Notes under the pieces: generated by a model
Database searches by the model: none
What the model was told of the DNA's origin: nothing
Seen by the model: only the letters and a program-made list of their open reading frames with translations
From: Candidatus Parcubacteria bacterium
GTDB taxonomy: Bacteria > Patescibacteriota > Minisyncoccia > Phycocordibacterales > SBAW01
Length of the DNA: 32,362 bases
Direction: 5' to 3'
Assembly (NCBI GenBank): GCA_019661855.1
Contig: JAIFWM010000007.1
Coordinates: 1-32,362, forward strand
In this document: positions 23,202-32,362 of the stretch, piece by piece
Layout: every line of letters begins with the position of its first letter
How positions within the stretch are numbered: position 1 is the stretch's first letter
Position numbers and translations under genes: made by a program

Positions 23202-24314
23202 ATGGCCTTTTCTTTTTCGTCCTTATTTTCTAAGGAGGCAAAAAGCGTCATCGGTATCGATATTGGTACCTCTTCTATCAAAGTCGTGCAACTTCGCCGC
23301 GATCATGGGCGTGTTGTGCTCGAAACGTATGGCGCCATAGCTCTCGGCCCCTATGCAGGTGTAGAAATAGGGCGCGCGACCGTACTTCCTGCCGAAAAAA
23401 TAGCCGAAGCGCTCAAAGATGTGATCCGCGAGGCGAATGTTACTACTTTGGATGCGGCAGTTGCCATTCCATACTCATCATCTTTAGTCTCGATCATTAA
23501 ACTTCCGCCCGGGGTAGAGAAGCAGCTTGCTCAAGTGGTGCCTATCGAAGCACGCAAATATATTCCGGTGCCCATAACCGAGGTGCAACTTGACTGGTTT
23601 GAGGTGGGTGGTGGCAAAACTGCGCAAGGAGAGGACAGAATTGAGGTACTTTTGGTGGCGATACACAACGACACCATCACCAAGTTTCGCTCGATAGCGA
23701 GCGAAGCGGCTATTCAAGCATCATTTTTTGAAATCGAGGTGTTTAGTGCGGTACGTGCGGCGCTTGAGCATGGTATTGCTCCTGTTGCCGTAGTAGATAT
23801 GGGTGCGGCGACTACCAAATTTTATGTCGTAGAGCGCGGGCTTATTCGTGAAAGCCACATCATTAACCATGGTTCGCAAGATCTGACCCTCGCTGCTTCA
23901 CGGGCTTTGGGTATTACTGTGGTTCAAGCCGAAGAGCGTAAGCGTAAGTTTGGTTTAGTTGAGCCACCTGCAACTATTACCGGAGGACAAGCAGTGTTGG
24001 CCCAGGCAGCAGATTTGCGTAAGTCGATTGAGCTCTCGCTAAGCCCCCTTCTTGCTGAACTTTCGCGTACCGTTAGTGCCTACGAGCAGCGTATGAACCA
24101 AACATTAGGAGCTTTGGTTTTTACCGGTGGGGGAGCGACGCTTAAAGGATTTAAAGAGTTAGCACAAACAAAGATTCAAACCGAGGTGCGTCTCTCTGAC
24201 CCGTTTGGTAAAACCCAAGCACCGGCATTTCTTGAACAAATTTTAAAAGAAGCAGGACCAGAATTTTCTGTGGCAGTAGGTCTCGCGCTTCGCCGCCTAC
24301 AAGAGTTAGGTTAA
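23202..24314 (+). CDS. pilM: type IV pilus assembly protein PilM
   Basis: Actin-like ATPase fold signature: SVIGIDIGTSSIKVVQL..., DMGAATT and FTGGGA. Confidence 0.92.
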   Translation: MAFSFSSLFSKEAKSVIGIDIGTSSIKVVQLRRDHGRVVLETYGAIALGPYAGVEIGRATVLPAEKIAEALKDVIREANVTTLDAAVAIPYSSSLVSIIKLPPGVEKQLAQVVPIEARKYIPVPITEVQLDWFEVGGGKTAQGEDRIEVLLVAIHNDTITKFRSIASEAAIQASFFEIEVFSAVRAALEHGIAPVAVVDMGAATTKFYVVERGLIRESHIINHGSQDLTLAASRALGITVVQAEERKRKFGLVEPPATITGGQAVLAQAADLRKSIELSLSPLLAELSRTVSAYEQRMNQTLGALVFTGGGATLKGFKELAQTKIQTEVRLSDPFGKTQAPAFLEQILKEAGPEFSVAVGLALRRLQELG

Positions 24315-24363
24315 GTGTTGATATATGCACTAGGCTTGAAAAAACGACTATATACTAGAGGTA

Positions 24364-25086
24364 ATGGATCCTCAGGTGCAGGCATCGTTCATACCAAAAA
24401 AATCGCTCTCGACGAGACCTGTCGGAGGTGGTGGTTTCGGACTCCTTTATTTAATTGCGATATTTCTTTTCGTTGTTTCTTTGGTGGCAGCGGGTGCAGC
24501 CTTTGCCTACACCCAATATCTTAAAAGTGCATTGGCTTCAAAGGCGCACTCGCTCGAACTTGCTCAAGGTGCTTATGAGCCTGGTGCTATCCAAGACCTC
24601 ATTCGCCTGGACCAGCGCATGGTTAATGCACGTTCATTGTTGCAGAAACATACGGCGCTCTCAGGCATCTTTGATTTACTTTCCGAGGAAACATTGGCTC
24701 AAGTACAATTTTTAAATTTTACTACGAACCCTCAAGATGGAGGAAACTATCACATTCATCTCACCGGTACTGCGGATACTTTTTCTACTTTGGCATTGCA
24801 GTCTGATCAATTTGGAGCGAATAAATCTTTAAGTGACGTAGTGTTTTCAAATATTGCAGTGTCACAAACCGGTACAGTTACCTTCGATGTTGAGGCGGTG
24901 GTAGATGCTGCAACAATTTCGTATGCCAAACATTTATCTCCCGATACCGTGACGCCTACTACAAACCCTACAGGCACTTCGACCCCTGCTACGTCAGGAA
25001 CTTCAACCACCACTGCGCCTAAAGGCAAAATTGAGACACCAACTCCGATACCAGGAGGGGGCCCTGGCGGCCTACCACCATTATGA
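24364..25086 (+). CDS. pilN: PilN-like bitopic pilus alignment protein
   Basis: A short N-terminus with SFIPKK (compare the INLLP motif of PilN), one TM segment, a coiled coil and a periplasmic domain, then a T/P-rich tail. The gene sits between pilM and pilO. Confidence 0.65.
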   Translation: MDPQVQASFIPKKSLSTRPVGGGGFGLLYLIAIFLFVVSLVAAGAAFAYTQYLKSALASKAHSLELAQGAYEPGAIQDLIRLDQRMVNARSLLQKHTALSGIFDLLSEETLAQVQFLNFTTNPQDGGNYHIHLTGTADTFSTLALQSDQFGANKSLSDVVFSNIAVSQTGTVTFDVEAVVDAATISYAKHLSPDTVTPTTNPTGTSTPATSGTSTTTAPKGKIETPTPIPGGGPGGLPPL

Positions 25087-25631
25087 GATTTATAATCCCT
25101 GCCATATTAGCTGCTGTCGCGATAGGACTCTTCACGGTCTGGACCAACCCAACGTATCAAGCAACCAAGGGCTTGCAAGCCCAAGTGGCTGCCTATGACG
25201 AGGCGCTCGATAAAGCACAAGAATTACGCAAAATACGTGACGAGCTGCTTAACCGCCGTAACACCTTCTCAACTGAGGATATGCAAAAGTTGCAGCACAT
25301 GTTGCCTGATAATGTAGATAATATTCGTTTGGTTATTGAGATCAACAATATTGCAGCTAAACATGGGCTTGCACTCCAAAGTGTGGAGTTAGGTGAACTT
25401 TCTGACAGTCGGCAAGCACGAACTGAATTTGCAGTAGGCTCCTCGGGTGATCCTGTGGGCTCGGTAGACCTCGCGTTTACGGTCAATGCTACCTACGATC
25501 AGTTCAATGCCTTTCTTGCTGATCTTGAACATAGTTTGCGCATTGTTGATGTGCAAGAAATTGAATTTACCGCAGACAAAGCAGCTAACATAGCATACAG
25601 TGTAAAAATTAGAACCTATTGGCTCCACTAA
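25083..25631 (+). CDS. pilO: PilO-like pilus biogenesis protein
   Basis: ATGA overlap with the upstream gene. One TM segment, a coiled coil (LQAQVAAYDEALDKAQELRKIRDEL), then an LP..VD...L...I...A motif. Confidence 0.75.
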   Translation: MRFIIPAILAAVAIGLFTVWTNPTYQATKGLQAQVAAYDEALDKAQELRKIRDELLNRRNTFSTEDMQKLQHMLPDNVDNIRLVIEINNIAAKHGLALQSVELGELSDSRQARTEFAVGSSGDPVGSVDLAFTVNATYDQFNAFLADLEHSLRIVDVQEIEFTADKAANIAYSVKIRTYWLH

Positions 25632-25632
25632 T

Positions 25633-25968
25633 ATGATGGAATTTATTAAGGCAAATAAATGGATGATAGGAGGAGTGCTCGGCGCCGTAGTGCTGGTGTG
25701 GGTGTACTTTACCTATTTTTCGGGGGGAAGTTCAGATCAACTTTTAACCTCCACTGACCCTGCGTCAACCGCAGTTACCCAAGAGCTCATCACGACACTG
25801 GCGAACCTTAAAACCATTAAACTTGACGCATCTATATTCAAAGATCCTCTTTTTGTTTCGCTTTCTGACTTTGGTGTAGTTATTCCTCCGCAGCAGACTG
25901 GTCGGCGAAATCCATTTGCACCGCTTGGAGGATTTACTGCTCCGAGTACCGGCGGGCCGTCGCATTAA
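25633..25968 (+). CDS. small bitopic protein in the PilP position
   Basis: 111 aa with one TM segment and a C-terminal GRRNPFAP, reminiscent of the R[DN]PF motif of PilP. The gene starts 1 nt after pilO. Confidence 0.6.
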   Translation: MMEFIKANKWMIGGVLGAVVLVWVYFTYFSGGSSDQLLTSTDPASTAVTQELITTLANLKTIKLDASIFKDPLFVSLSDFGVVIPPQQTGRRNPFAPLGGFTAPSTGGPSH

Positions 25969-25971
25969 TCT

Positions 25972-27840
25972 ATGAATCTAGTTCAATTATTGAGCGAGAG
26001 TGGAGCGCTCGATAAAGCGCGTCTGGGAGAAATAGAGAAGGATCTTGCCAAACCTGGCTCCAACGAAGAGGCGCTGCTTCAAAAAGCCGGCGTTACTCTT
26101 AAACAAATTCTTAAAGCTAAAGGCGACTACTATGGCATTCCTACCCGTGAGCTAGGAGAAAAGGCAGTACCTTTTGATGTGTTGCGTTTTGTTCCCGAGG
26201 AGTCTGCACGCTACTACCGCTTTGCACCATTAGGAATAATAGATGGAGCACTTGAAGTGGGAGTTACTGACCCCGACAATCTTGAGGCTCGCGATGCGCT
26301 CACCTTTATTTCTGCGAAAGTGGGGATGCCGTACAAAATCTTTCTCATCACGCAGACAGAGTTTGATAAACTGCTCGGACAGTATAAAGGTCTTTCAGGC
26401 GAAGTAGGTAAGGCTCTTGGTGAACTTGAAACCGAGCTTGGCGAAAAAAAGGCAAAAAGTGATAAGGAGGGGGGAGAAAAAAAGGTCAATGTCTTTGATG
26501 AAGACGCTATTACTGAGACGGAGAGCGAAGCAATTACCGAAGATGCACCCGTTACTAAAATTGTGGCGACAGTTTTGCGCCATGCGGCCGAGCAACGTGC
26601 ATCCGACATTCACATAGAGCCAATGGCTGACCAAACACGAGTGCGATTTCGTATCGACGGTATTTTAGTAACAAACATTACGCTTCCTGTTAAAGTGCAC
26701 GCCTCGGTGGTGGCGCGTATCAAGGTGCTCTCGAACATGCGTTTGGATGAAAAGCGCAAACCCCAAGACGGACGCTTTTCGGCACGTGTAGGAGGAAACA
26801 AAGTGGACTTTCGCGTGTCGACCTTCCCAACCTACTACGGAGAGAAGGTGGTGATGCGTATTCTTGGCGCGGCATCAAAGGTACTTAATCTCGACGAGTT
26901 CGGCCTTTCAAAGCGTAATCTTGGTCTTATTCGCGCTGCTATTAAAAAGCCCTACGGCATGATCCTTATTTCAGGCCCTACTGGCTCAGGTAAATCAACG
27001 ACACTCTACGCGATTCTTAACGAAGTTGATCGCGATCGACAAAACGTACTTTCGCTCGAAGACCCGGTTGAATATACGATCCCTGGTGTATCCCAATCGC
27101 AGGTACGGCCTGAGATTGGTTACACCTTTGCAAACGGATTGCGCACAACGCTGCGCCAGGATCCAAACGTAATAATGGTAGGCGAGATCCGCGATGCTGA
27201 AACTGCTAACCTGGCTGTCCAAGCAGCGCTTACGGGCCACTTGGTGCTCTCAACGATCCACACCAACAATGCAATCGGTATTGTTCCACGTCTCCTCGAC
27301 ATGGGTGTGGAGCCGTACCTCATACCCCCGGTTCTTATTTTGGGTATGGCACAGCGCTTGGTAAAGACTCTATGCGAAGGGGGAGGGAAGAAGGTAAAAG
27401 TTGAGGCAAGTATGGAGGCACTGCTTAAAGATCAATTTGAGGATTTGTCTCCTGAATTTAAAAAAGATGTCCCCGTCATGGATGAAATATATTTACGTGA
27501 TCCCACGCCTGAGTGCCCCTCGGGCACCAAAGGCCGTATTGGTGTGTTTGAAATGTTTGAAATGAACTCCGACCTTGAACATGCGATTTTGGAAAATAAG
27601 CCAGAGGACCAAATGTTTTCGATTGTGCGTAAAAGAGGCATGCTCACGATGAAAGAGGATGCTATCATCAAATCAGTGCAGGGCACGGTGCCATTTGAAG
27701 AAGTAAATAACCTAGGTGGTGAGTTTGATTTGCCAGAAAGTGCCGAAATTAAAGAAGCAACACCGGTCATGGCACTAGGTGAGGAAGCTGCAGAGAATAA
27801 AGCCGCTCTCCAAGCGAAAGATAAAGAAGTAGAAGTATAA
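25972..27840 (+). CDS. pilB: type IV pilus extension ATPase PilB (GspE family)
   Basis: N-terminal T2SSE_N-like domain, Walker A GPTGSGKST, Asp box, Walker B and His box (TGHLVLSTIHTN). Only 2 of the usual 4 zinc-site Cys are present. Confidence 0.93.
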   Translation: MNLVQLLSESGALDKARLGEIEKDLAKPGSNEEALLQKAGVTLKQILKAKGDYYGIPTRELGEKAVPFDVLRFVPEESARYYRFAPLGIIDGALEVGVTDPDNLEARDALTFISAKVGMPYKIFLITQTEFDKLLGQYKGLSGEVGKALGELETELGEKKAKSDKEGGEKKVNVFDEDAITETESEAITEDAPVTKIVATVLRHAAEQRASDIHIEPMADQTRVRFRIDGILVTNITLPVKVHASVVARIKVLSNMRLDEKRKPQDGRFSARVGGNKVDFRVSTFPTYYGEKVVMRILGAASKVLNLDEFGLSKRNLGLIRAAIKKPYGMILISGPTGSGKSTTLYAILNEVDRDRQNVLSLEDPVEYTIPGVSQSQVRPEIGYTFANGLRTTLRQDPNVIMVGEIRDAETANLAVQAALTGHLVLSTIHTNNAIGIVPRLLDMGVEPYLIPPVLILGMAQRLVKTLCEGGGKKVKVEASMEALLKDQFEDLSPEFKKDVPVMDEIYLRDPTPECPSGTKGRIGVFEMFEMNSDLEHAILENKPEDQMFSIVRKRGMLTMKEDAIIKSVQGTVPFEEVNNLGGEFDLPESAEIKEATPVMALGEEAAENKAALQAKDKEVEV

Positions 27841-27842
27841 AT

Positions 27843-28904
27843 ATGGATTACGCAAAATTATTGCAAGACCTCATAGAGACCGTTATTGCACAAGGTGCGT
27901 CAGACTTGCACCTCTCGGCACAGGCGCAACCGTCTATTCGCGTCTCGGGCACGCTCACACCACTTTTAAATATGCAAAAGCTCAGCAATGACGACTTGTT
28001 GGGCATACTTGGGCAACTCCTCCCAGCGGATAGAAAAAATAAATTTCTTGAGACTCAAGAAGCAGATTTTTCGTACTCCTATGGTGAAAAGGTACGCTTT
28101 CGTGGCAATGCATATTTTGAACGAGGGGCGGTAGGAATAGCCTTGCGCCTCATTCCTCGAGTAATCCGTACTCTTTCCGAGCTCAATATTCCTCCTGTGG
28201 TAGAGAACTTTGCCGCTCGGGAGCAAGGATTCTTCCTTGTGGTGGGTCCAGTGGGGCAGGGTAAAACTACTACTCTTGCGGCACTTATCGAAAAAATCAA
28301 TCTTGAGCGTCCAGAGCATATTATTACCATCGAAGATCCTATCGAATATTTGTTTGAAAATAAAAAGTCGATGATTGAGCAGCGTGAGGTTAAGGTAGAC
28401 ACCAGCGACTTTCATGCAGCACTCTCCTCGGTGTTTCGCCAAGACGTAGACGTACTTATGATAGGGGAGATGCGCACTCCAGAGACGATGGCTACTGCGG
28501 TCACAGCTGCCGAGACGGGCCACCTCGTGTTTTCAACCCTTCACACCAACAACGCAGCCCAAACCGTGGATCGTATTATCGACTCCTTTCCGGCAAACCA
28601 ACAAGACCAGATCCGTGTGCAGCTTGCGGGGTCTTTGGCAGGTATACTCTCGCAGCGTTTGGTGCCGCGAGTGAGTGGTGGGCTCATCCCTGCGTGCGAA
28701 CTCCTCATCAACAACAATGCAGTTGCTAACCTTATACGCGAAAAACGTACCCATGAGATCCAAACCGTGATCGAGACCGGAGGGGATGAGGGCATGATAG
28801 ACATGAATCGCACGTTGGCACAGCTCGTACGTTCGGGAGATATAACAGTTGAAACAGCCTACTCGCGCTCGTGGTCGCCTAAAACGCTCGAAAGATTGCT
28901 ATAA
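27843..28904 (+). CDS. pilT: type IV pilus retraction ATPase PilT
   Basis: 353 aa with ASDLHL, Walker A GPVGQGKTTT, GHLVFSTLHTN and an AIANLIREKR-like motif. Confidence 0.93.
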   Translation: MDYAKLLQDLIETVIAQGASDLHLSAQAQPSIRVSGTLTPLLNMQKLSNDDLLGILGQLLPADRKNKFLETQEADFSYSYGEKVRFRGNAYFERGAVGIALRLIPRVIRTLSELNIPPVVENFAAREQGFFLVVGPVGQGKTTTLAALIEKINLERPEHIITIEDPIEYLFENKKSMIEQREVKVDTSDFHAALSSVFRQDVDVLMIGEMRTPETMATAVTAAETGHLVFSTLHTNNAAQTVDRIIDSFPANQQDQIRVQLAGSLAGILSQRLVPRVSGGLIPACELLINNNAVANLIREKRTHEIQTVIETGGDEGMIDMNRTLAQLVRSGDITVETAYSRSWSPKTLERLL

Positions 28905-28907
28905 CCT

Positions 28908-30119
28908 ATGGATTTTAAATACGAAGCATTAGATCAAAATGGTAAGGCAACAAGCGGCACGTTGAGTGCCGCAACACAGGATGCGGCTATCGCTGCTCTG
29001 CAGCGTAAGGGGTTGACCATAACCTCTCTTGGAGCAGGTCCTCAAGGAATTTTTAGCAAACTCAACGCCATCAGTATCTTTAGCGGCATCTCTTCGCGAC
29101 AGTTGGTGCTCCTCTCGCGTCAAATCGCCACACTCTTCGAGGCACAGGTGTCGGCGTTGCGTATATTTAGGCTCCTCGCCGAGCAGCAGGACAAGCCTTA
29201 TTTGCAGTCGGTACTTACCGAAGTAGCAGACGACCTCCAGGGTGGTAACTCGATATCCAAATCTCTCGGTAAACACCCTAAGGTTTTTTCAAATTTTTAC
29301 ATCAACATGGTCAAAGCAGGAGAGGAGTCGGGTAAGCTCGACCAAACCTTTCTCTTCTTGGCAGACTACATCGACCGCTCCTACGAGCTGACCTCTAAGG
29401 CACGCAACGCCTTAATATATCCCGCGTTTATTATGGCAACCTTCGTGGGAGTTATGTCCCTGATGCTTACGGTGGTGATCCCAAAAATTGGAGCAATTAT
29501 TGCCGATTCGGGCCAAGAACTTCCGCTGTATACGCGTATTATCCTTGGATTTAGTAACTTTTTGGTGGACTATGGCATCTTTTTGCTCGTGGCCATCATT
29601 CTCGGAGCGTTCTTTGCTTGGAGATACAGCCAAACTCCAGCAGGGCGTATGGCATTTTCAAGTATAGCTATATCGATACCTTATGTTGGTAACTTGTATC
29701 AAAAGCTTTACCTCACTCGCATAGCCGACAACATGCACGCCATGCTTAGCTCGGGTATTTCTGCAATACGTGCACTTGAGATCACTGCCTCGGTGGTGGG
29801 AAATGATGTGTATGAGCGGATTTTGCGCGAGGCTATGGAGCAGGTAAAGGCAGGTTCCTCTATGTCTTCGACTTTTGCGCAATATCACAAAGAAATACCA
29901 TCAATCATGGTGCAGATGCTCCAGATTGGTGAAGAGACAGGAGAGTTGGGAAATATCTTGGAGCGTTTAGCTAAGTTTTATCAACGTGAGGTTTCCGCAG
30001 CGGTGGATACGCTTGTCTCCTTGATCGAGCCAGTGCTTATTGTTCTGCTTGCTTTGGGTGTAGGGTTCCTCCTTGCATCAGTGCTCCTCCCAATCTACAA
30101 CACAGCAACGAATGTGTAA
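28908..30119 (+). CDS. pilC: type IV pilus platform protein PilC (GspF family)
   Basis: 403 aa with two T2SSF repeats and three TM segments. Confidence 0.93.
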   Translation: MDFKYEALDQNGKATSGTLSAATQDAAIAALQRKGLTITSLGAGPQGIFSKLNAISIFSGISSRQLVLLSRQIATLFEAQVSALRIFRLLAEQQDKPYLQSVLTEVADDLQGGNSISKSLGKHPKVFSNFYINMVKAGEESGKLDQTFLFLADYIDRSYELTSKARNALIYPAFIMATFVGVMSLMLTVVIPKIGAIIADSGQELPLYTRIILGFSNFLVDYGIFLLVAIILGAFFAWRYSQTPAGRMAFSSIAISIPYVGNLYQKLYLTRIADNMHAMLSSGISAIRALEITASVVGNDVYERILREAMEQVKAGSSMSSTFAQYHKEIPSIMVQMLQIGEETGELGNILERLAKFYQREVSAAVDTLVSLIEPVLIVLLALGVGFLLASVLLPIYNTATNV

Positions 30120-30227
30120 GTCTGTCTGATATCCACAGGGTCTCCTTCCGGATGTGCGGCTCACGGTATACTTAAAACGTCCGTAAACTTATTTATTAAT
30201 TATTAGAAAAACGGCTAATTTAATTCT

Positions 30228-30719
30228 ATGTATAAAGGTTTTAAGCGAGGCTTCACACTCATCGAGCTTCTCGTGGTCATCGCAATTATTGGTATCTTGG
30301 CAGCTATCGTGTTGGTAGCTTTGGGTAACGTTCGTCAAAAGGGTGCAAACGCAGGTGTGGGTGCAAACCTCTCTGGTCTTCGCACTGCAGCTGAGCTTTT
30401 TAACCAAAACTCTGGTTCGAACACTTATATTGATTTCTGTGGCTCCTCAGGACAGTATGGTGGTAAACGTGCAATCGACGCCGCTAAGGCAGCAGTTGGT
30501 ATCACCACTGCAACACTTATCGACTTGGATGGTACGCCAAACACTGCTGGAGTAGCAAACACCGCAGTATGTAACGAATCTCAAACTGGTTACGCAATCG
30601 AAGTTCCACTTGCCACACCAGCAGGTCAGTATTGGTGTGTTGACTACAATGGCTTCTCAGGTACCACTACGGTTACATCGATGCCAGGCACAGACGGCAG
30701 CTACATTTCTTGTAACTAA
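30228..30719 (+). CDS. type IV pilin, major-pilin candidate
   Basis: Prepilin leader MYKGFKRG|[17 protein letters not shown] with E5, and 4 Cys in the C-terminal half. The gene has its own terminator downstream. Confidence 0.92.
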   Translation: MYKGFKRGFTLIELLVVIAIIGILAAIVLVALGNVRQKGANAGVGANLSGLRTAAELFNQNSGSNTYIDFCGSSGQYGGKRAIDAAKAAVGITTATLIDLDGTPNTAGVANTAVCNESQTGYAIEVPLATPAGQYWCVDYNGFSGTTTVTSMPGTDGSYISCN

Positions 30720-30737
30720 GAGAAATTCTCTTCTCGA

Positions 30738-30770
30738 GAAATCCCCAGCCTTGCGGTTGGGGATTTTCTT
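30738..30770 (+). terminator. intrinsic terminator after the first pilin gene
   Basis: GAAATCCCCAGCC-ttgc-GGTTGGGGATTTT: a stem of about 12 bp followed by TTTTCTT. Confidence 0.75.
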
Positions 30771-30867
30771 ATGCGCTATACTACTAAGTATGATCATTGC
30801 GTTTTTAGTAGTGTTCTATTTGCAAAACATGGTTAACTTTTTACAAAAAAACATAAAGCCTGCTTTT

Positions 30868-31329
30868 ATGCCTGCACGAGGCTTCACGCTCATCGAGCTT
30901 CTTGTGGTCATTGCTATTATCGGTATCTTGGCAGCTATCGTGTTGGTAGCGTTAGGCAATGTTCGCAGCAAGGGAGCTAATGCTGGCATAGGTGCAAACT
31001 TAGCTAATATGCGTGCTCGGGCAGAGCTTTTTGCTCAGTCAAATAACTACTCATATGCTGGCTATTGTCTGAATACTGGACAGTACGGTGCGCGTAAGCC
31101 GCTTGATGCAGCTAAATCTGCTTCCAATCTTGTAGCGGGGGCTCCAGCTAGTGGCGCCGGAGCCAATGGGCAAGCAACATGCAACGATAGTGCTAATTCA
31201 TGGGCAGCGGAGGTGCCTCTTGCTACGCCCAACACTCAGTTTTGGTGTGTAGATTCTAACGGTTTTTCTGGCACCACTACAGTAACTTCAATGCCAGGCG
31301 CTGATAGCAGTAACACTACTTGCAACTAA
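30868..31329 (+). CDS. type IV pilin, paralogue of the first pilin
   Basis: Leader MPARG|[28 protein letters not shown]. An alternative start is ATG 30829. The ORF-track start 30610 is an artefactual extension across the terminator. Confidence 0.88.
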   Translation: MPARGFTLIELLVVIAIIGILAAIVLVALGNVRSKGANAGIGANLANMRARAELFAQSNNYSYAGYCLNTGQYGARKPLDAAKSASNLVAGAPASGAGANGQATCNDSANSWAAEVPLATPNTQFWCVDSNGFSGTTTVTSMPGADSSNTTCN

Positions 31330-31868
31330 TGAATATTTTTAAAAAAACACGCGGGTTTACTCTCATCGAACTTTTGGTAGTCATTGCTATCATTGGCATT
31401 TTGGCAAGTGTCATTATTGCTAACGTCTCAGGCTCAAAGTCTAAAGGCCGCGACGCCAAGCGTGTAGCAGATATTAAAAATATCCAAGTAGCTCTCGAAC
31501 TTTACTACAACGACAATGGATTTTACCCGCTCACTGTTGTCTCCATGGTGCCAACTTATATCCCGATTGAACCCAAAGATCCAACCGACAACACCACCCC
31601 GTACAAATATAGCGCTGTTAGTACTATTGCTGGGGGTAACGCGTGTGTGACCACACCAAGTAACCGCAATAAATATCACCTTGCTGCGGTGATGGAAAAT
31701 AACTCTCAGTCCAACACCGCTTTGGGTCAAGATGTTGACTACGACAGAGCTGCTTACAGCCACTTTGCCTGCAGTGGTACTGGCGCCGATTTTCACGGCA
31801 ATGCAAATAACTGTACTGGTACTACTGGAACCTCTCCCAACGAAAACTGTTACGACGTCACTAACTAA
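31329..31868 (+). CDS. type IV pilin / GspG-like pseudopilin
   Basis: Leader MNIFKKTRG|[17 protein letters not shown], followed by GRDAKRVADIKNIQVALELYYNDNGFYP (GspG-like). The start overlaps the upstream stop (TAATG). Confidence 0.9.
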   Translation: MNIFKKTRGFTLIELLVVIAIIGILASVIIANVSGSKSKGRDAKRVADIKNIQVALELYYNDNGFYPLTVVSMVPTYIPIEPKDPTDNTTPYKYSAVSTIAGGNACVTTPSNRNKYHLAAVMENNSQSNTALGQDVDYDRAAYSHFACSGTGADFHGNANNCTGTTGTSPNENCYDVTN

Positions 31869-32362
31869 TGGATTTGTACGCGCTCTTCTTTGTAGGGGCG
31901 CTTGGCGCCATTATAGGTAGCTTTCTTAATGCACTCTCCTTTAGGTTTAATACCGGCAAGAGCATGTTGGGGAGATCTCGCTGCATGCACTGTCGCCACG
32001 AACTTGGAGTGCTCGACCTAGTACCCATTTTTTCCTATCTTGCACTAGGAGCTCGCTGCAGATATTGCAAAGCTAAAATTTCTATACAATATCCGCTGGT
32101 AGAGATAGCTGCGCTTGCACTTGCGATACTAACCTACGCTAACCACCCAGATCCTTTGTGGTTTATGTTTTGGCTCGTGGTGTGGATGGTCCTCCTTTTT
32201 ACCGTTGTGTATGACATACGGCACACGATTATCCCTTGGTCGTGCTCACTTTCTCTTCTTGCTCTTTCACTTTTCTATATTTATTCCATCCAACCAACCG
32301 TTTTTGATCTTCTAGCAGGACCACTTCTTGCGCTGCCACTTTTTTCTATATCGCTCCTCTCC
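31868..32362 (+). CDS. pilD: prepilin peptidase (A24 family), N-terminal part; the 3' end lies outside the window
   Basis: My own translation is MDLYALFFVGALGAIIGSFLNALSFR...SRCMHCRHEL...ARCRYCKAKISIQYPLVE...VVYDIRHTIIP. It shows the CxxC...CxxC pairs and the first catalytic Asp. The frame is open to the window end, and the start overlaps the upstream stop (TAATG). Confidence 0.88.
   Translation, partial: MDLYALFFVGALGAIIGSFLNALSFRFNTGKSMLGRSRCMHCRHELGVLDLVPIFSYLALGARCRYCKAKISIQYPLVEIAALALAILTYANHPDPLWFMFWLVVWMVLLFTVVYDIRHTIIPWSCSLSLLALSLFYIYSIQPTVFDLLAGPLLALPLFSISLLS

Noticed and set aside
27966-28523. 185-aa minus-strand ORF inside pilT
   Set aside because: It is antisense to a gene with intact PilT Walker and His-box motifs and has no features of its own.
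30610-30867. Upstream extension of the second pilin ORF (track start 30610)
   Set aside because: It would overlap the 3' end of the first pilin gene and read through its terminator hairpin. It would also put about 86 extra residues in front of a prepilin leader, whereas real leaders end ...RG|FTLIELL and are short.
1-32362. Alternative genetic code (UGA recoding, as in some CPR lineages)
   Set aside because: Long, well-conserved ORFs are intact under the standard code. TGA serves as a genuine stop (for example the sigma factor at 16402-16404).

Overview
This is a 32.4-kb, gene-dense bacterial segment that uses the standard genetic code (TAA, TAG and TGA all end long ORFs). Its content points to a Patescibacteria/CPR-like genome, which is inference only: compact housekeeping genes, a secretin-less type IV pilus locus next to comF, a DUF5667-type anti-sigma factor and very few Shine-Dalgarno sites.

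Genes from left to right:
- ndk (partial)
- a candidate structured RNA
- a beta-CASP MBL ribonuclease and a TIGR00725/SLOG protein
- infC-rpmI-rplT
- a two-gene surface-protein operon (235 aa, then 695 aa with five tandem Ig-like repeats and a His/Asp-rich tail)
- ssrA (tmRNA), smpB and ftsH
- a CodA-like amidohydrolase
- tRNA-Ile(UAU)
- recG
- two paralogous small secreted proteins
- malic enzyme
- an orphan acidic protein
- an ECF sigma/anti-sigma pair
- SemiSWEET-like and flavodoxin-like genes
- tRNA-Ser(GCU)
- DUF6496 and EVE proteins
- a DEAD-box helicase and two Cys-rich mini-ORFs
- a GT-C glycosyltransferase
- comF, divergent from pilM-pilN-pilO-(pilP-like)-pilB-pilT-pilC, then three pilin genes and pilD (partial)

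I saw no CRISPR array, transposase, integrase or recognisable defence gene.

The least obvious signals are:
- a roughly 40-nt hairpin+spacer+AUG module present at two unrelated gene junctions, with a compensatory stem change
- a recurrent -10 box 6-9 nt upstream of start codons (leaderless-type architecture), in contrast with three orphan genes that carry perfect SD sites
- a nested-helix RNA candidate upstream of the beta-CASP gene
- a rare tRNA-Ile(UAU)
- an RBS-sequestering helix in the helicase leader
- Cys-rich mini-ORFs below the size cutoff of the ORF track
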